Sequence record: KT321315.1
Reading direction: 5' to 3' (one strand)
DNA length: 64,000 bases
Source of the DNA: Enterobacter phage phiEap-3
The first letter of the stretch is position 1, and the number at the start of each line of letters is the position of its first letter. Positions 31,361-39,577 of this stretch are shown piece by piece. A program made the translations under genes and the position numbers. The notes below the pieces were generated by a model. It was given only the letters and a program-made list of their open reading frames with translations, did not search any database and was not told the origin of the DNA.

Positions 31361-32200
31361 TCAACCCCAAGTGTCAGTTTTCGGTGCGTATGCTGCAACT
31401 TTAGCCACAATTTCCTTATCCAGTTCAGCTACCGATTTCTGAGGCTTACCACGGGCTTTAACTTTGATGTAGTTTGACTTAACAACAAACATACCTTTAT
31501 TGCTTGATTTCTTGATCTCGCTATCAACACCAACTTTGTTAAAGCTGATCCAAATATCGCCGTCCATATACTGTTTAAGAGAATCACCCATGTTCAGGAT
31601 CTTCGCCATAGTAAGGGCCGCGCCTTCGTGGGTATCCATGAGAATTTCTTTAGGAACTACACGATCGCGTTTCTGGTTCTGCTGCATAGCAATATGCACA
31701 TCGTTCATAACCCATACGATATGTACGTTTTCTTTCTTGTATCCCAGCTTTTCGACATCACGCGCGATACTTGCCAGCTTGCTCATACCTTTTAACGTTA
31801 CGTCAAAGATGAGGTTAGGTTTACGATCTTCTGGTGCTGCCATAATACCGGAATAAACACGGTTTTGGTTTTTGTTGGAAATGTTGAAAACGTCGGCGAT
31901 CACATGATGGAGGGTAGATACGTTTTCTGGGTTTTTGAGGTTCATTGTTTTGACATCATGGCCCGTTTGTTTCTTGATCTCTGCTGCGAGTTTATCGCTA
32001 CCCATTACAAGTTTTTTCAGGGCGTCAACGTCCAGGGTGATACCTTCGATGCCTAGCAGTTTTTCCAGTGTGAAACCTTTACCGGAACCAGCACCGCCAG
32101 CCAGAATAACAACCTGACCAAACTTAGGATAAGCACGGCCCCCGAAGGTGATCAGCGCTTCGGTTAAGGTGCTTTCTGTGAATTGTTTAAATGACTTCAT
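31361..32200 (-). CDS. P-loop NTPase / nucleotide-kinase-like protein
   Basis: Walker A 'ILAGGAGSGKG' (adenylate-kinase-like GxxGxGKG) and Walker B-like 'LIFDVT'. 279 aa. Confidence 0.5.
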   Translation of the reverse strand: MKSFKQFTESTLTEALITFGGRAYPKFGQVVILAGGAGSGKGFTLEKLLGIEGITLDVDALKKLVMGSDKLAAEIKKQTGHDVKTMNLKNPENVSTLHHVIADVFNISNKNQNRVYSGIMAAPEDRKPNLIFDVTLKGMSKLASIARDVEKLGYKKENVHIVWVMNDVHIAMQQNQKRDRVVPKEILMDTHEGAALTMAKILNMGDSLKQYMDGDIWISFNKVGVDSEIKKSSNKGMFVVKSNYIKVKARGKPQKSVAELDKEIVAKVAAYAPKTDTWG

Positions 32201-32314
32201 GTAAAATTCTCCAGTTTATTTTCTATTATTTATTGACATGCTTTCTGACAGTGGTGTATGGTTATGGTGTTCGACGGATAGGCCGGAAGAACTTTAAACC
32301 ATAAGGTATATGAT

Positions 32315-33190
32315 ATGAAAATTGATTTACATCGCTTCATTACAGAATTTTCCCGCGACCGCGACATGGACTCTTTCAACTACTACTCCCGTGAAATTGA
32401 AGATCGTTTTGCGGCTCATGTTGGGTTCCGTCGCCACCATACCCCTAAAATGCGCCCTGACCACGATCCGAAGTATAGCCCTATTACGTGGCAAGCCCCG
32501 ATCGATGGTTACGTTGAAGGGATCCGGATCATGACGTTTAACGCGATGTATGGAAATGCTTTGATCCATATTGCACGTGAGAAAAAGGCAGAATTCCCTA
32601 ACGGCTGGCGTATTGATGAAGTGATTCAAAACCTTATGCAGTTACGACGTGAATACAAAGCGGGTATGTGTCTGCGTAATGAACAGTATCCGATGTATAA
32701 AACGTATGCCTATATCTCTAAGCATCTAATTAATTCCATGTTTTACATCGTTGGTAATCATGGTTCCGCTATAGATATTGGTTCTTATGAAATCGTGGCT
32801 TATGCTCGCGAACAAGGAAAGGCCGCTGCACTGAAAATCATTGAATCTGGTGCTATCATTCTTAACCATCGCATTGATACTATTGCTTACTATGGCGATC
32901 AGGTTGAGGTTGAAGGCGTACACCATGAACGATTCAACAAAGCCGTATTTACTAAAAGTGGTTATGCTTATGGTAATGACATTATAACTTCTGCTGTCCC
33001 TTTCGTTCGTCTAACTGTTGAAGGATTTGGAGAAAGGTTGCCTTATAAACCGTCAGAAGCTCAAATGTGTGCGGCTGCTGAAAGAATCGCCAAAAAGCGG
33101 AAAATGTATACCGATGAATACCTGGCGTATGTCAACAAGACAAAAGAAGATGCAGATCGAGAAATTTCTTGCATGGATTTATGCCTTTGA
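32315..33190 (+). CDS. Hypothetical protein
   Basis: 291-aa ORF divergent from the kinase-like gene. No recognisable motif. Confidence 0.5.
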   Translation: MKIDLHRFITEFSRDRDMDSFNYYSREIEDRFAAHVGFRRHHTPKMRPDHDPKYSPITWQAPIDGYVEGIRIMTFNAMYGNALIHIAREKKAEFPNGWRIDEVIQNLMQLRREYKAGMCLRNEQYPMYKTYAYISKHLINSMFYIVGNHGSAIDIGSYEIVAYAREQGKAAALKIIESGAIILNHRIDTIAYYGDQVEVEGVHHERFNKAVFTKSGYAYGNDIITSAVPFVRLTVEGFGERLPYKPSEAQMCAAAERIAKKRKMYTDEYLAYVNKTKEDADREISCMDLCL

Positions 33191-33222
33191 TATAATGTAA
33201 GCATCTTTTTAAGGGAGGATGC

Positions 33223-33540
33223 ATGAAAACGATACATTGCAGAAGTGAAAACGTTGTTTACTATCACGGTTCGTGTACTGCTGCTGGTATTGAAAGCATG
33301 TTATTGCCTCCCTGTGATTCTGATACTCTGTCTGAAAAAGGCAGAAAGAAAAATTTAGATCGTGTTTTCTTTACCGCTGATATCGGGTTAGCTCGTATAT
33401 ACGCTGGAAGGGCCGCGCGTTCTATAGGTGGGGATCCTGTTCTGTACAGGGTTGTGTGTCCGGTTGATGTTGTATGTATGAACGAAGACAAAGGCGCGAG
33501 CGTTTACCATGCAGCATGGGCGTTTTGTGAGGAATTATGA
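33223..33540 (+). CDS. Small Arr-like putative ADP-ribosyltransferase
   Basis: 'YYHGS...RVFFTADIGLARIYA...LYRVVCP' resembles the H-G-T/S, YFS/T and Y-x-V-E motifs of rifampin ADP-ribosyltransferase (Arr). GGGAGGATGCATG ribosome-binding site. Confidence 0.35.
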   Translation: MKTIHCRSENVVYYHGSCTAAGIESMLLPPCDSDTLSEKGRKKNLDRVFFTADIGLARIYAGRAARSIGGDPVLYRVVCPVDVVCMNEDKGASVYHAAWAFCEEL

Positions 33541-33593
33541 ATGATAGCGTGTTGGCGTATCTCGTTTTCTTGTTGGGATATCGCTTAGAAGTG

Positions 33594-33713
33594 ATGGGCG
33601 GGTATTCATCAATGTATGGTGATTTAACGGCTATCTGGATGGTTGGGTTAGGGGTTGCTTTTACATTCCTTTCCTTTGCAATTATTAATGAATCGGAAAA
33701 GGATATTGTATGA
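33594..33713 (+). CDS. 39-aa hydrophobic micro-protein (single transmembrane helix)
   Basis: Stop overlaps the next ATG (ATGA at 33710). 'IWMVGLGVAFTFLSFAII' is a transmembrane helix. Below the track cutoff. Confidence 0.25.
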   Translation: MGGYSSMYGDLTAIWMVGLGVAFTFLSFAIINESEKDIV

Positions 33714-34036
33714 AACTATATCATGTGATCTACTCTGGTGTTTTAGGCATTGACAAACAAATGTTAGTTGATGTAATGTGTAAAAAACTCGATGAACGAA
33801 TTGGAACCCGATACAAAAATCATGTATCGGAAAGTATCTTCATCAACGTTGACCATCCAAATGACATGGAAGAAATGGTTAATACTCTTGATGATCAGCA
33901 GATCCCGTTTGTTGACAATTTCAACATGAGCGCTGGAGTGTATACGGTAGTAACTTTTGTTCTAAAAAATGTTGACAGCCGAAACGATAGCGTGTTGAAT
34001 GTAGTTGCAAAAATCGATTCTACCAAAGGAAAATAA
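33710..34036 (+). CDS. Hypothetical protein
   Basis: 108 aa. Translationally coupled to its neighbours. Confidence 0.45.
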   Translation: MKLYHVIYSGVLGIDKQMLVDVMCKKLDERIGTRYKNHVSESIFINVDHPNDMEEMVNTLDDQQIPFVDNFNMSAGVYTVVTFVLKNVDSRNDSVLNVVAKIDSTKGK

Positions 34037-34037
34037 T

Positions 34038-34394
34038 ATGAAAATTGTACACCGTAGCATTTCCGAACTGTCCCAAGCCGAAAAAGTGCAAATCCATTTC
34101 AAATTCAATGATTTGCGTAAAGGTTATGCCGAAATTGCCCGTGAACATGGGTTAGATAACGGCGATATTTACCAGGTAGTACAGGAAATTGAACGTATCC
34201 GCGCGTTCCGTTCTGCAAATCTCCCTGTTAAAAATGCAATGCGCCGCGAAGCGATCGAAATCCATCGTAAGCGTGTGTACAATTTAGAACGTGCTAAACG
34301 TCCGATGAAGAAAGAAAAGAAACCTCGCCCGTTTAAACGCGAACATCTTAACACCTCTATGGCGCTGGCGTTTCAAGATGCGGGGATTATCTAA
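34038..34394 (+). CDS. HTH protein with sigma-70 region-4-like motif and basic C-terminal tail
   Basis: 'LSQAEKVQIHFKFNDLRKGYAEIAREHGLDNGDIYQVV' fits the sigma70_r4 / LuxR-type HTH. The C-terminus is 'KRPMKKEKKPRPFKRE'. AAAGGAAAATAATATG ribosome-binding site. Confidence 0.45.
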   Translation: MKIVHRSISELSQAEKVQIHFKFNDLRKGYAEIAREHGLDNGDIYQVVQEIERIRAFRSANLPVKNAMRREAIEIHRKRVYNLERAKRPMKKEKKPRPFKREHLNTSMALAFQDAGII

Positions 34395-34918
34395 TGCGTA
34401 AATCTGCGATGGATCGTTGGGCTAGTATTGCTACTTCAAACGTAAAACCAAATCAAGCCGCACCTGATGTAGAAGCGGTTCGTAAAGCAAAAGAACCTGA
34501 GATCGTGGCCCTTAGCCCTGAACTCATCGAGCATCGCCGTCGTGCGTCTGCTATTGAACTGGATCTGCGTATTGCGCGTTCATACAATCTCAAGCATGAA
34601 CACGCCGCAAAGAACAACCATTCTTTTGACCTTACTCTGGAAGATTGGAAAGTGTTGATGACAACTGAACGTTGTCAGTATTCCGGCAAGATGTTTAGCA
34701 ATAAACCAGGTAGCCCGTATGCCCGTACAATGGAACGTATTAATCCACGTCTGGGATATACACAAGAAAATACAATAGCGGTTATCAACGCCGCTAATGC
34801 CGAAAAATCACAGCTTGATGCATTCGTTAAGGGTGATGTCATTCTGGATGAAGTAAAAGTGAAGTTGCTGCGTAAAGCACTTTATCAAGTCGAAAAACGT
34901 GTGAAAATGAAAGGTTAA
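34394..34918 (+). CDS. Hypothetical protein with degenerate HNH-like motif
   Basis: 'ERINPRLGYTQENTIAVINAANAEKS' mirrors the HNH pattern [DH]HIxP...GG...NL..LC..CN..K, but the His and Cys positions are replaced. Confidence 0.45.
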   Translation: MRKSAMDRWASIATSNVKPNQAAPDVEAVRKAKEPEIVALSPELIEHRRRASAIELDLRIARSYNLKHEHAAKNNHSFDLTLEDWKVLMTTERCQYSGKMFSNKPGSPYARTMERINPRLGYTQENTIAVINAANAEKSQLDAFVKGDVILDEVKVKLLRKALYQVEKRVKMKG

Positions 34919-34921
34919 ATT

Positions 34922-35941
34922 ATGTTTAAGAAATATTCTTCTCTGACTAACCATTATGAAGGTAAGTTCATCAATGGTGTAATTATGAACGGGCTTACTG
35001 GCGGTGTGTGGGTTGCGCGTGAAAAGATCCACGGTGCTAACTTTAGCTTTATCACCGATGACGGTATTACCGTTACCCCCGCAAAGCGTACTGATGTTGT
35101 TAAGCCAGCCGAAGATTTTTATGGCTGTTCAGCAGTAGTTGCAAAGTATTCCCCAGGGATCCGTAAGATGTGGGAAACCCTCAAAAAGACCGGAACTTAT
35201 GATGATTTGGTTATTCAAGTCTACGGTGAATTTGCGGGGCGCGGTGTACAGAAAGATGTTGATTACGGCGAAAAAGATTTCTATGTATTCGATATCCGTG
35301 TAAATGGTGAATTCCTTCCGGATAACCTGTGCTCGCTAATCTCTCGATCTCATGGCCTGAAAATGGCCCCGCTGTTGGGATATGGTACTTTTGAAGAGAT
35401 CAAAGAACTGCCGATCACGTTTGAATCCGTTGTGAATAAAGCAAATAGCGGCATTGGTAGCGATAATACAGTATATGGTGAATTCGTATATCCTATCATG
35501 GAAGTTGAAGAGGGAAACATTGCAGAAGGTTTTGTAATGAAACCTGTTTCACCTGCTTTTATGCCAAACGGTGAACGCGTTGCAATCAAATGCAAAACAA
35601 CCAAATTCACTGAGAAGAAAGCGAAGAAAGCAACCCGCTTTAATGCTCCGGTTTCACTGTCAGAAAAAGACAAAAACCAACTCGATGAGTTTGTTTGTTA
35701 CCTTACAGAGAACCGTGTGAAAAACGTTCTTTCGAAACTGGATCTGGCTTCGATCACTGCGAAAGATTTCGGTCGCATTATGGGCTTAACGGTTCAGGAT
35801 GCTATTGAAGAAATCAGCCGTAATCATGGGCCTTTCCTCGAACAGTTCGAAGACCCAGCAATGGCTAAAAAGCTGTTTGTAACCGAAGCCCAAAACATGA
35901 TTCGCCCTGTATGGGGCAAAATCCTGAACCATGAATTTTAA
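34922..35941 (+). CDS. rnlB: RNA ligase 2 (RnlB)
   Basis: 339 aa versus 334 aa in T4. The N-terminus 'MFKKYSSLTNHYEGKF...GGVWVAREKIHGANFS' is near-identical to T4 Rnl2 and includes the KxHG adenylylation motif. 'GLTVQD' is conserved. Confidence 0.9.
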   Translation: MFKKYSSLTNHYEGKFINGVIMNGLTGGVWVAREKIHGANFSFITDDGITVTPAKRTDVVKPAEDFYGCSAVVAKYSPGIRKMWETLKKTGTYDDLVIQVYGEFAGRGVQKDVDYGEKDFYVFDIRVNGEFLPDNLCSLISRSHGLKMAPLLGYGTFEEIKELPITFESVVNKANSGIGSDNTVYGEFVYPIMEVEEGNIAEGFVMKPVSPAFMPNGERVAIKCKTTKFTEKKAKKATRFNAPVSLSEKDKNQLDEFVCYLTENRVKNVLSKLDLASITAKDFGRIMGLTVQDAIEEISRNHGPFLEQFEDPAMAKKLFVTEAQNMIRPVWGKILNHEF

Positions 35942-36512
35942 TCAGATTCTGGTTGATGCAAAAGCGGCTACCCTGATCGGTAGCCGTAAACCTCCTGAAC
36001 GTATCGCAAACATTGCTGTTAAAATCGGACGTGCTTTGAACGAACGCGGGATCAGGGCTTATTCTGGCGGCGCTCCTGGTATGGATAGTCACTTTCTGTT
36101 TGACTATAGTCCGGATAACAGGTGTATAATCCTTCCTGAGAACGGTTTTAACGGCCTTTTCTCAAACGGAAAGGATATCATCGACTTTCGAGATTTAAAC
36201 ACACAGAAAGCCGCTGACGAAGCCAGAAAGGTAGCAGGTAACTTCGATACACAGAATGAATACGTTCAAAGAAGGTATGCGCGAAACACGATTCAAGTTC
36301 TTCGTGAAAATCTTGACAATCCAACTGACTTTGTTTTATTTTGGGCGGAAGAACGTGAAGGATGTGTTAAAGGTGGAACCGCGATCGCTGTAAGATTGGC
36401 TAGGTTGTACAGGGTTCCATGTTTCAATCTCTTCAAAGAAAGTGTATTGAACGATGTGTGTGATACGTTAGGGATTAATATCAAACCCCCAACGTTGGAT
36501 TTTTTATGGTAA
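35931..36512 (+). CDS. DprA/Smf-like (SLOG superfamily) Rossmann-fold protein
   Basis: 'LIGSRKPPERIANIAVKIGRALNERGIRAYSGGAPGMDS' matches the GSR...SGGAxGxD signature of DprA/SLOG. Overlaps the rnlB 3' end. Confidence 0.5.
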   Translation: MNFNQILVDAKAATLIGSRKPPERIANIAVKIGRALNERGIRAYSGGAPGMDSHFLFDYSPDNRCIILPENGFNGLFSNGKDIIDFRDLNTQKAADEARKVAGNFDTQNEYVQRRYARNTIQVLRENLDNPTDFVLFWAEEREGCVKGGTAIAVRLARLYRVPCFNLFKESVLNDVCDTLGINIKPPTLDFLW

Positions 36513-37030
36513 TTGAACATGCGCCCTTACTTCGTGAAACATACGAAAGATGGGCTGTTAATAACGCAATAGGTGAAAATATGATTCATGTACGTAGTAT
36601 CGGTGCTGACGGCGAAACTCCGGTTCCAGTAGAAGGCCGATCCCCCACTCTCGCAGAACGAGCAAGAGAAATTATCAACGATCAGAATGCTAAGATGATC
36701 GAACATGCGCGGGATACAATCACAAAGGGTGTTCTGAAACACGCAACACAACAAAACCTTATCTATGATATGAAGCACGATATCGGCTCTTGTCTGGGTA
36801 TTGAATGTACTCGCTATGCATTCCAACGAATTGCTGAATGGTTGGAAGAAGAAGGGCTAAAATTCGATACAGAAGAAAAACGCAACGCCGCTAAGATCAC
36901 AAATTCTCTGGCTAGTAAGTACAATCAAACGTATCGAAACCAGGAAGAACGCGAAGTGTTTGGTTTCAAAATTCCTGAAAGGAAAACAGATCGCCGTGTA
37001 AGTGAATTCACTTTTTACATTAGTTGGTAA
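36506..37030 (+). CDS. Hypothetical protein
   Basis: 174 aa. Start overlaps the upstream gene. Confidence 0.45.
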   Translation: MVIEHAPLLRETYERWAVNNAIGENMIHVRSIGADGETPVPVEGRSPTLAERAREIINDQNAKMIEHARDTITKGVLKHATQQNLIYDMKHDIGSCLGIECTRYAFQRIAEWLEEEGLKFDTEEKRNAAKITNSLASKYNQTYRNQEEREVFGFKIPERKTDRRVSEFTFYISW

Positions 37031-37107
37031 AAAGGTGTTGACGGGGGTTGGTTATAGTAGTATTCTAACTCCCGTAGACAAGACACTAACTCAGAAGGAT
37101 AAACATC

Positions 37108-37368
37108 ATGGAAATCGTAATGAAAGCAACTTATGCTGGATATTGCCTGGAAGCAAAAGGTGTTGCTAACAATGGCAAAGGCTTACGGGCCAATGTTGAA
37201 GCAATGCTGGATGAATTACATGCAATGTACGAATACGACAACGTAGCGGGTAGCGTTCTTATCCAGACGTTGGAAGTTGATGGTGTTGATTGTGCTGGTT
37301 GGTGGGATGCTTACATTGACTACAACGATAACCGGGTTTACCTGTTGAGCAACAAAGATTATTTCTAA
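37108..37368 (+). CDS. Hypothetical protein
   Basis: 86 aa. AAGGATAAACATCATG ribosome-binding site. Confidence 0.4.
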   Translation: MEIVMKATYAGYCLEAKGVANNGKGLRANVEAMLDELHAMYEYDNVAGSVLIQTLEVDGVDCAGWWDAYIDYNDNRVYLLSNKDYF

Positions 37369-37377
37369 GGAACCACT

Positions 37378-37827
37378 ATGAGCGATGAAGCTGAGGCTTT
37401 AGAAGATTGGGCTGATTTTGATGACGAAGAAGACGGGGAATATTTCTGCGTTAACAGTGGTGCTTACAAAGACCGTTTAGAACTTCGTGAACTTTTATCC
37501 GGTTCCTCTCAAATATCAGGATCCAAACGAAAAAGTAGTAAACAAAAAGTTCAATATAGTGATGGTTCTGTACGTGATGAAACCGTTGTTGCTGAATTTC
37601 GTGGTCGGGTTATCACAAAAGAACGACAAATTGATGTAAAGAACTTGTATGAAGTGGCTAAGGCTGCTAAAATAGGTTCTGTGATTGTTTGCCCTGTGTG
37701 CAAAGAAAAACACACAAAGACAACGTATCACAAAGTTTTCTGTTCGAATGGCAGAAAAACCAGTAAGGATTGTAAGTCTAAATATCACAATACAATCCAT
37801 CCCGAACGACTGGATCGGGTATTTTAA
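37378..37827 (+). CDS. Hypothetical protein (acidic N-terminus, C-terminal CPVC...C zinc-ribbon-like)
   Basis: 149 aa. AAGGAACCACTATG ribosome-binding site. Confidence 0.45.
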   Translation: MSDEAEALEDWADFDDEEDGEYFCVNSGAYKDRLELRELLSGSSQISGSKRKSSKQKVQYSDGSVRDETVVAEFRGRVITKERQIDVKNLYEVAKAAKIGSVIVCPVCKEKHTKTTYHKVFCSNGRKTSKDCKSKYHNTIHPERLDRVF

Positions 37828-37854
37828 AATAAACTTAAAACGTGGAGTACGTTT

Positions 37855-39288
37855 ATGAACAACAAAACTTTCGAAGAACTGAACAGCATCATCACTTCCG
37901 TAGATTCCTATAAGGTTTCTCACTGGTCGCAATATCCAACTGGCTCCGAAGAGGCGCTGTTTTATATTGAATCTCGTGGTGGTAAATTTGATCAAGTAGT
38001 TACGGCTGGCTGTAACCGCCTTGCGCAAATCCTATCACGTCCGGTGACTATGGAAAACGTAGATTTTGCTAATCGGTTGTACAAAATGCACTTTGGGCGT
38101 GAAATCTTCAACTACAAAGGTTGGAAAGAAATTGCAGAACTGGGTTACATCCCTCTTGAATTCAGAGCGATTCCGGAAGGAACCCCAGTAGCGGTTAAAA
38201 ATCCGGTTGCAACTTTCCATGCTGGGAAAAATGCGCTGTGGTTAGCAGGACACGTAGAAACCCTGGCGATCAGGGGAGTATGGTTCCCTTCAACCGTAGC
38301 AACGCTATCCCGCGAATGTAAAAAAGTGTTGAAGAAATATCTCAAGAAAACCTCCGATCTCGAAGGTGAAGCATTTGATATGGTATTACGTACCCGTTTG
38401 CATGACTTCGGCGCACGTGGAACCTCTTCTGCTGAATCTGCTGGTATTGGTGGCCTCGCGCACCTGTATAACTTCCTCGGTACTGATACCGTAGAAGCGC
38501 TGATTATGGCTATCTCTCTGTTTGAAGATTGTCAGAAAGCGTTTGATGATGGTGAAATGGCGGCTGGTATTTCAATTCCTGCTCGCGAACATTCCACTAC
38601 CGTTTCTTACGGCAAAGAAAACGAAGACCTTGCATACAAAAACAGTATTGAGATCTTCGGTGAAGGGATGTATGCATGTGTGTATGATTCCTGGGATTTT
38701 AAAGCGGCGGTTCGCCGTATCGCAGAATATAAAGATTCTATTCTTTCTAAGGGCGGTACTCTGGTAGTTCGTCCGGATTCTGGTGATATGGTAGACAATA
38801 TCATGTACGCTCTTGAAGAACTGGGCCGTATCTTTGGCTATACAGTGAACTCAAAAGGGTATAAAGTACTACACCCAGCAGTAAGGATCATTCAAGGCGA
38901 TGAAATTCATGGCCCTGAAACAATCAATCGGGTGTTGAACTGGATGGAGTCTAACCGTTGGGCGTCTGAAAACATCGCGTTCGGTATGGGCGGCGGATTG
39001 CTTCAAGAAGTTACCCGCGATACTCAAAAATATGCGATGAAAATGTGCGCAATCAAAATTAACGGTGTGTGGACTGGTGTTTATAAATGTCCAAAAGGCG
39101 CTGAATGGAAAAAGAGTAAAAAAGGGTTGTTGATGACTATCACTGATGGTGTTAACTTTAAAACCATTGATACTCTGGAACAGAAAGTGCCGGAAGGCTG
39201 GAAAGATGCTATGATCACATACTATGTCAACGGAAAGATTACTGCCCGTGACACTTTAGAGGAAATTAGGAACCGTGCCGGGATTTAG
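37855..39288 (+). CDS. nadV: Nicotinamide phosphoribosyltransferase (NadV/NAMPT)
   Basis: 477 aa. 'HDFGARG', 'GTDT', 'RPDSGD' and 'GMGGGLLQ' are signatures of the NAMPT/NAPRTase family. Confidence 0.85.
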   Translation: MNNKTFEELNSIITSVDSYKVSHWSQYPTGSEEALFYIESRGGKFDQVVTAGCNRLAQILSRPVTMENVDFANRLYKMHFGREIFNYKGWKEIAELGYIPLEFRAIPEGTPVAVKNPVATFHAGKNALWLAGHVETLAIRGVWFPSTVATLSRECKKVLKKYLKKTSDLEGEAFDMVLRTRLHDFGARGTSSAESAGIGGLAHLYNFLGTDTVEALIMAISLFEDCQKAFDDGEMAAGISIPAREHSTTVSYGKENEDLAYKNSIEIFGEGMYACVYDSWDFKAAVRRIAEYKDSILSKGGTLVVRPDSGDMVDNIMYALEELGRIFGYTVNSKGYKVLHPAVRIIQGDEIHGPETINRVLNWMESNRWASENIAFGMGGGLLQEVTRDTQKYAMKMCAIKINGVWTGVYKCPKGAEWKKSKKGLLMTITDGVNFKTIDTLEQKVPEGWKDAMITYYVNGKITARDTLEEIRNRAGI

Positions 39289-39577
39289 TATCCGCAAAAA
39301 CGACAAAGGAACCGTGATTTTCTATGACAACATGCCCCTTGTAGCTCGCAAGGGGCTTTTTGCTAAAATCGCTGGGTATTCCTTTAAACTGGAAGAAGTC
39401 AACGACGAAACACTAAAAGAGATCGTAAGAATTGCCTTACAGTTAAGAGGTAAGAAAGACGAACAAAGAGCTATTGACATGATCAATAAATTGGGCGAAA
39501 CTCAATGCTTCATAGTGAATCGTGGTTACAAGTACGATACCATTGCAAAATTTGAAAAAGGGCTTTGTGAATTATGA
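39275..39577 (+). CDS. Hypothetical protein
   Basis: 100 aa. Overlaps the nadV 3' end and is ATGA-coupled to dam. Confidence 0.4.
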   Translation: MPGFSIRKNDKGTVIFYDNMPLVARKGLFAKIAGYSFKLEEVNDETLKEIVRIALQLRGKKDEQRAIDMINKLGETQCFIVNRGYKYDTIAKFEKGLCEL

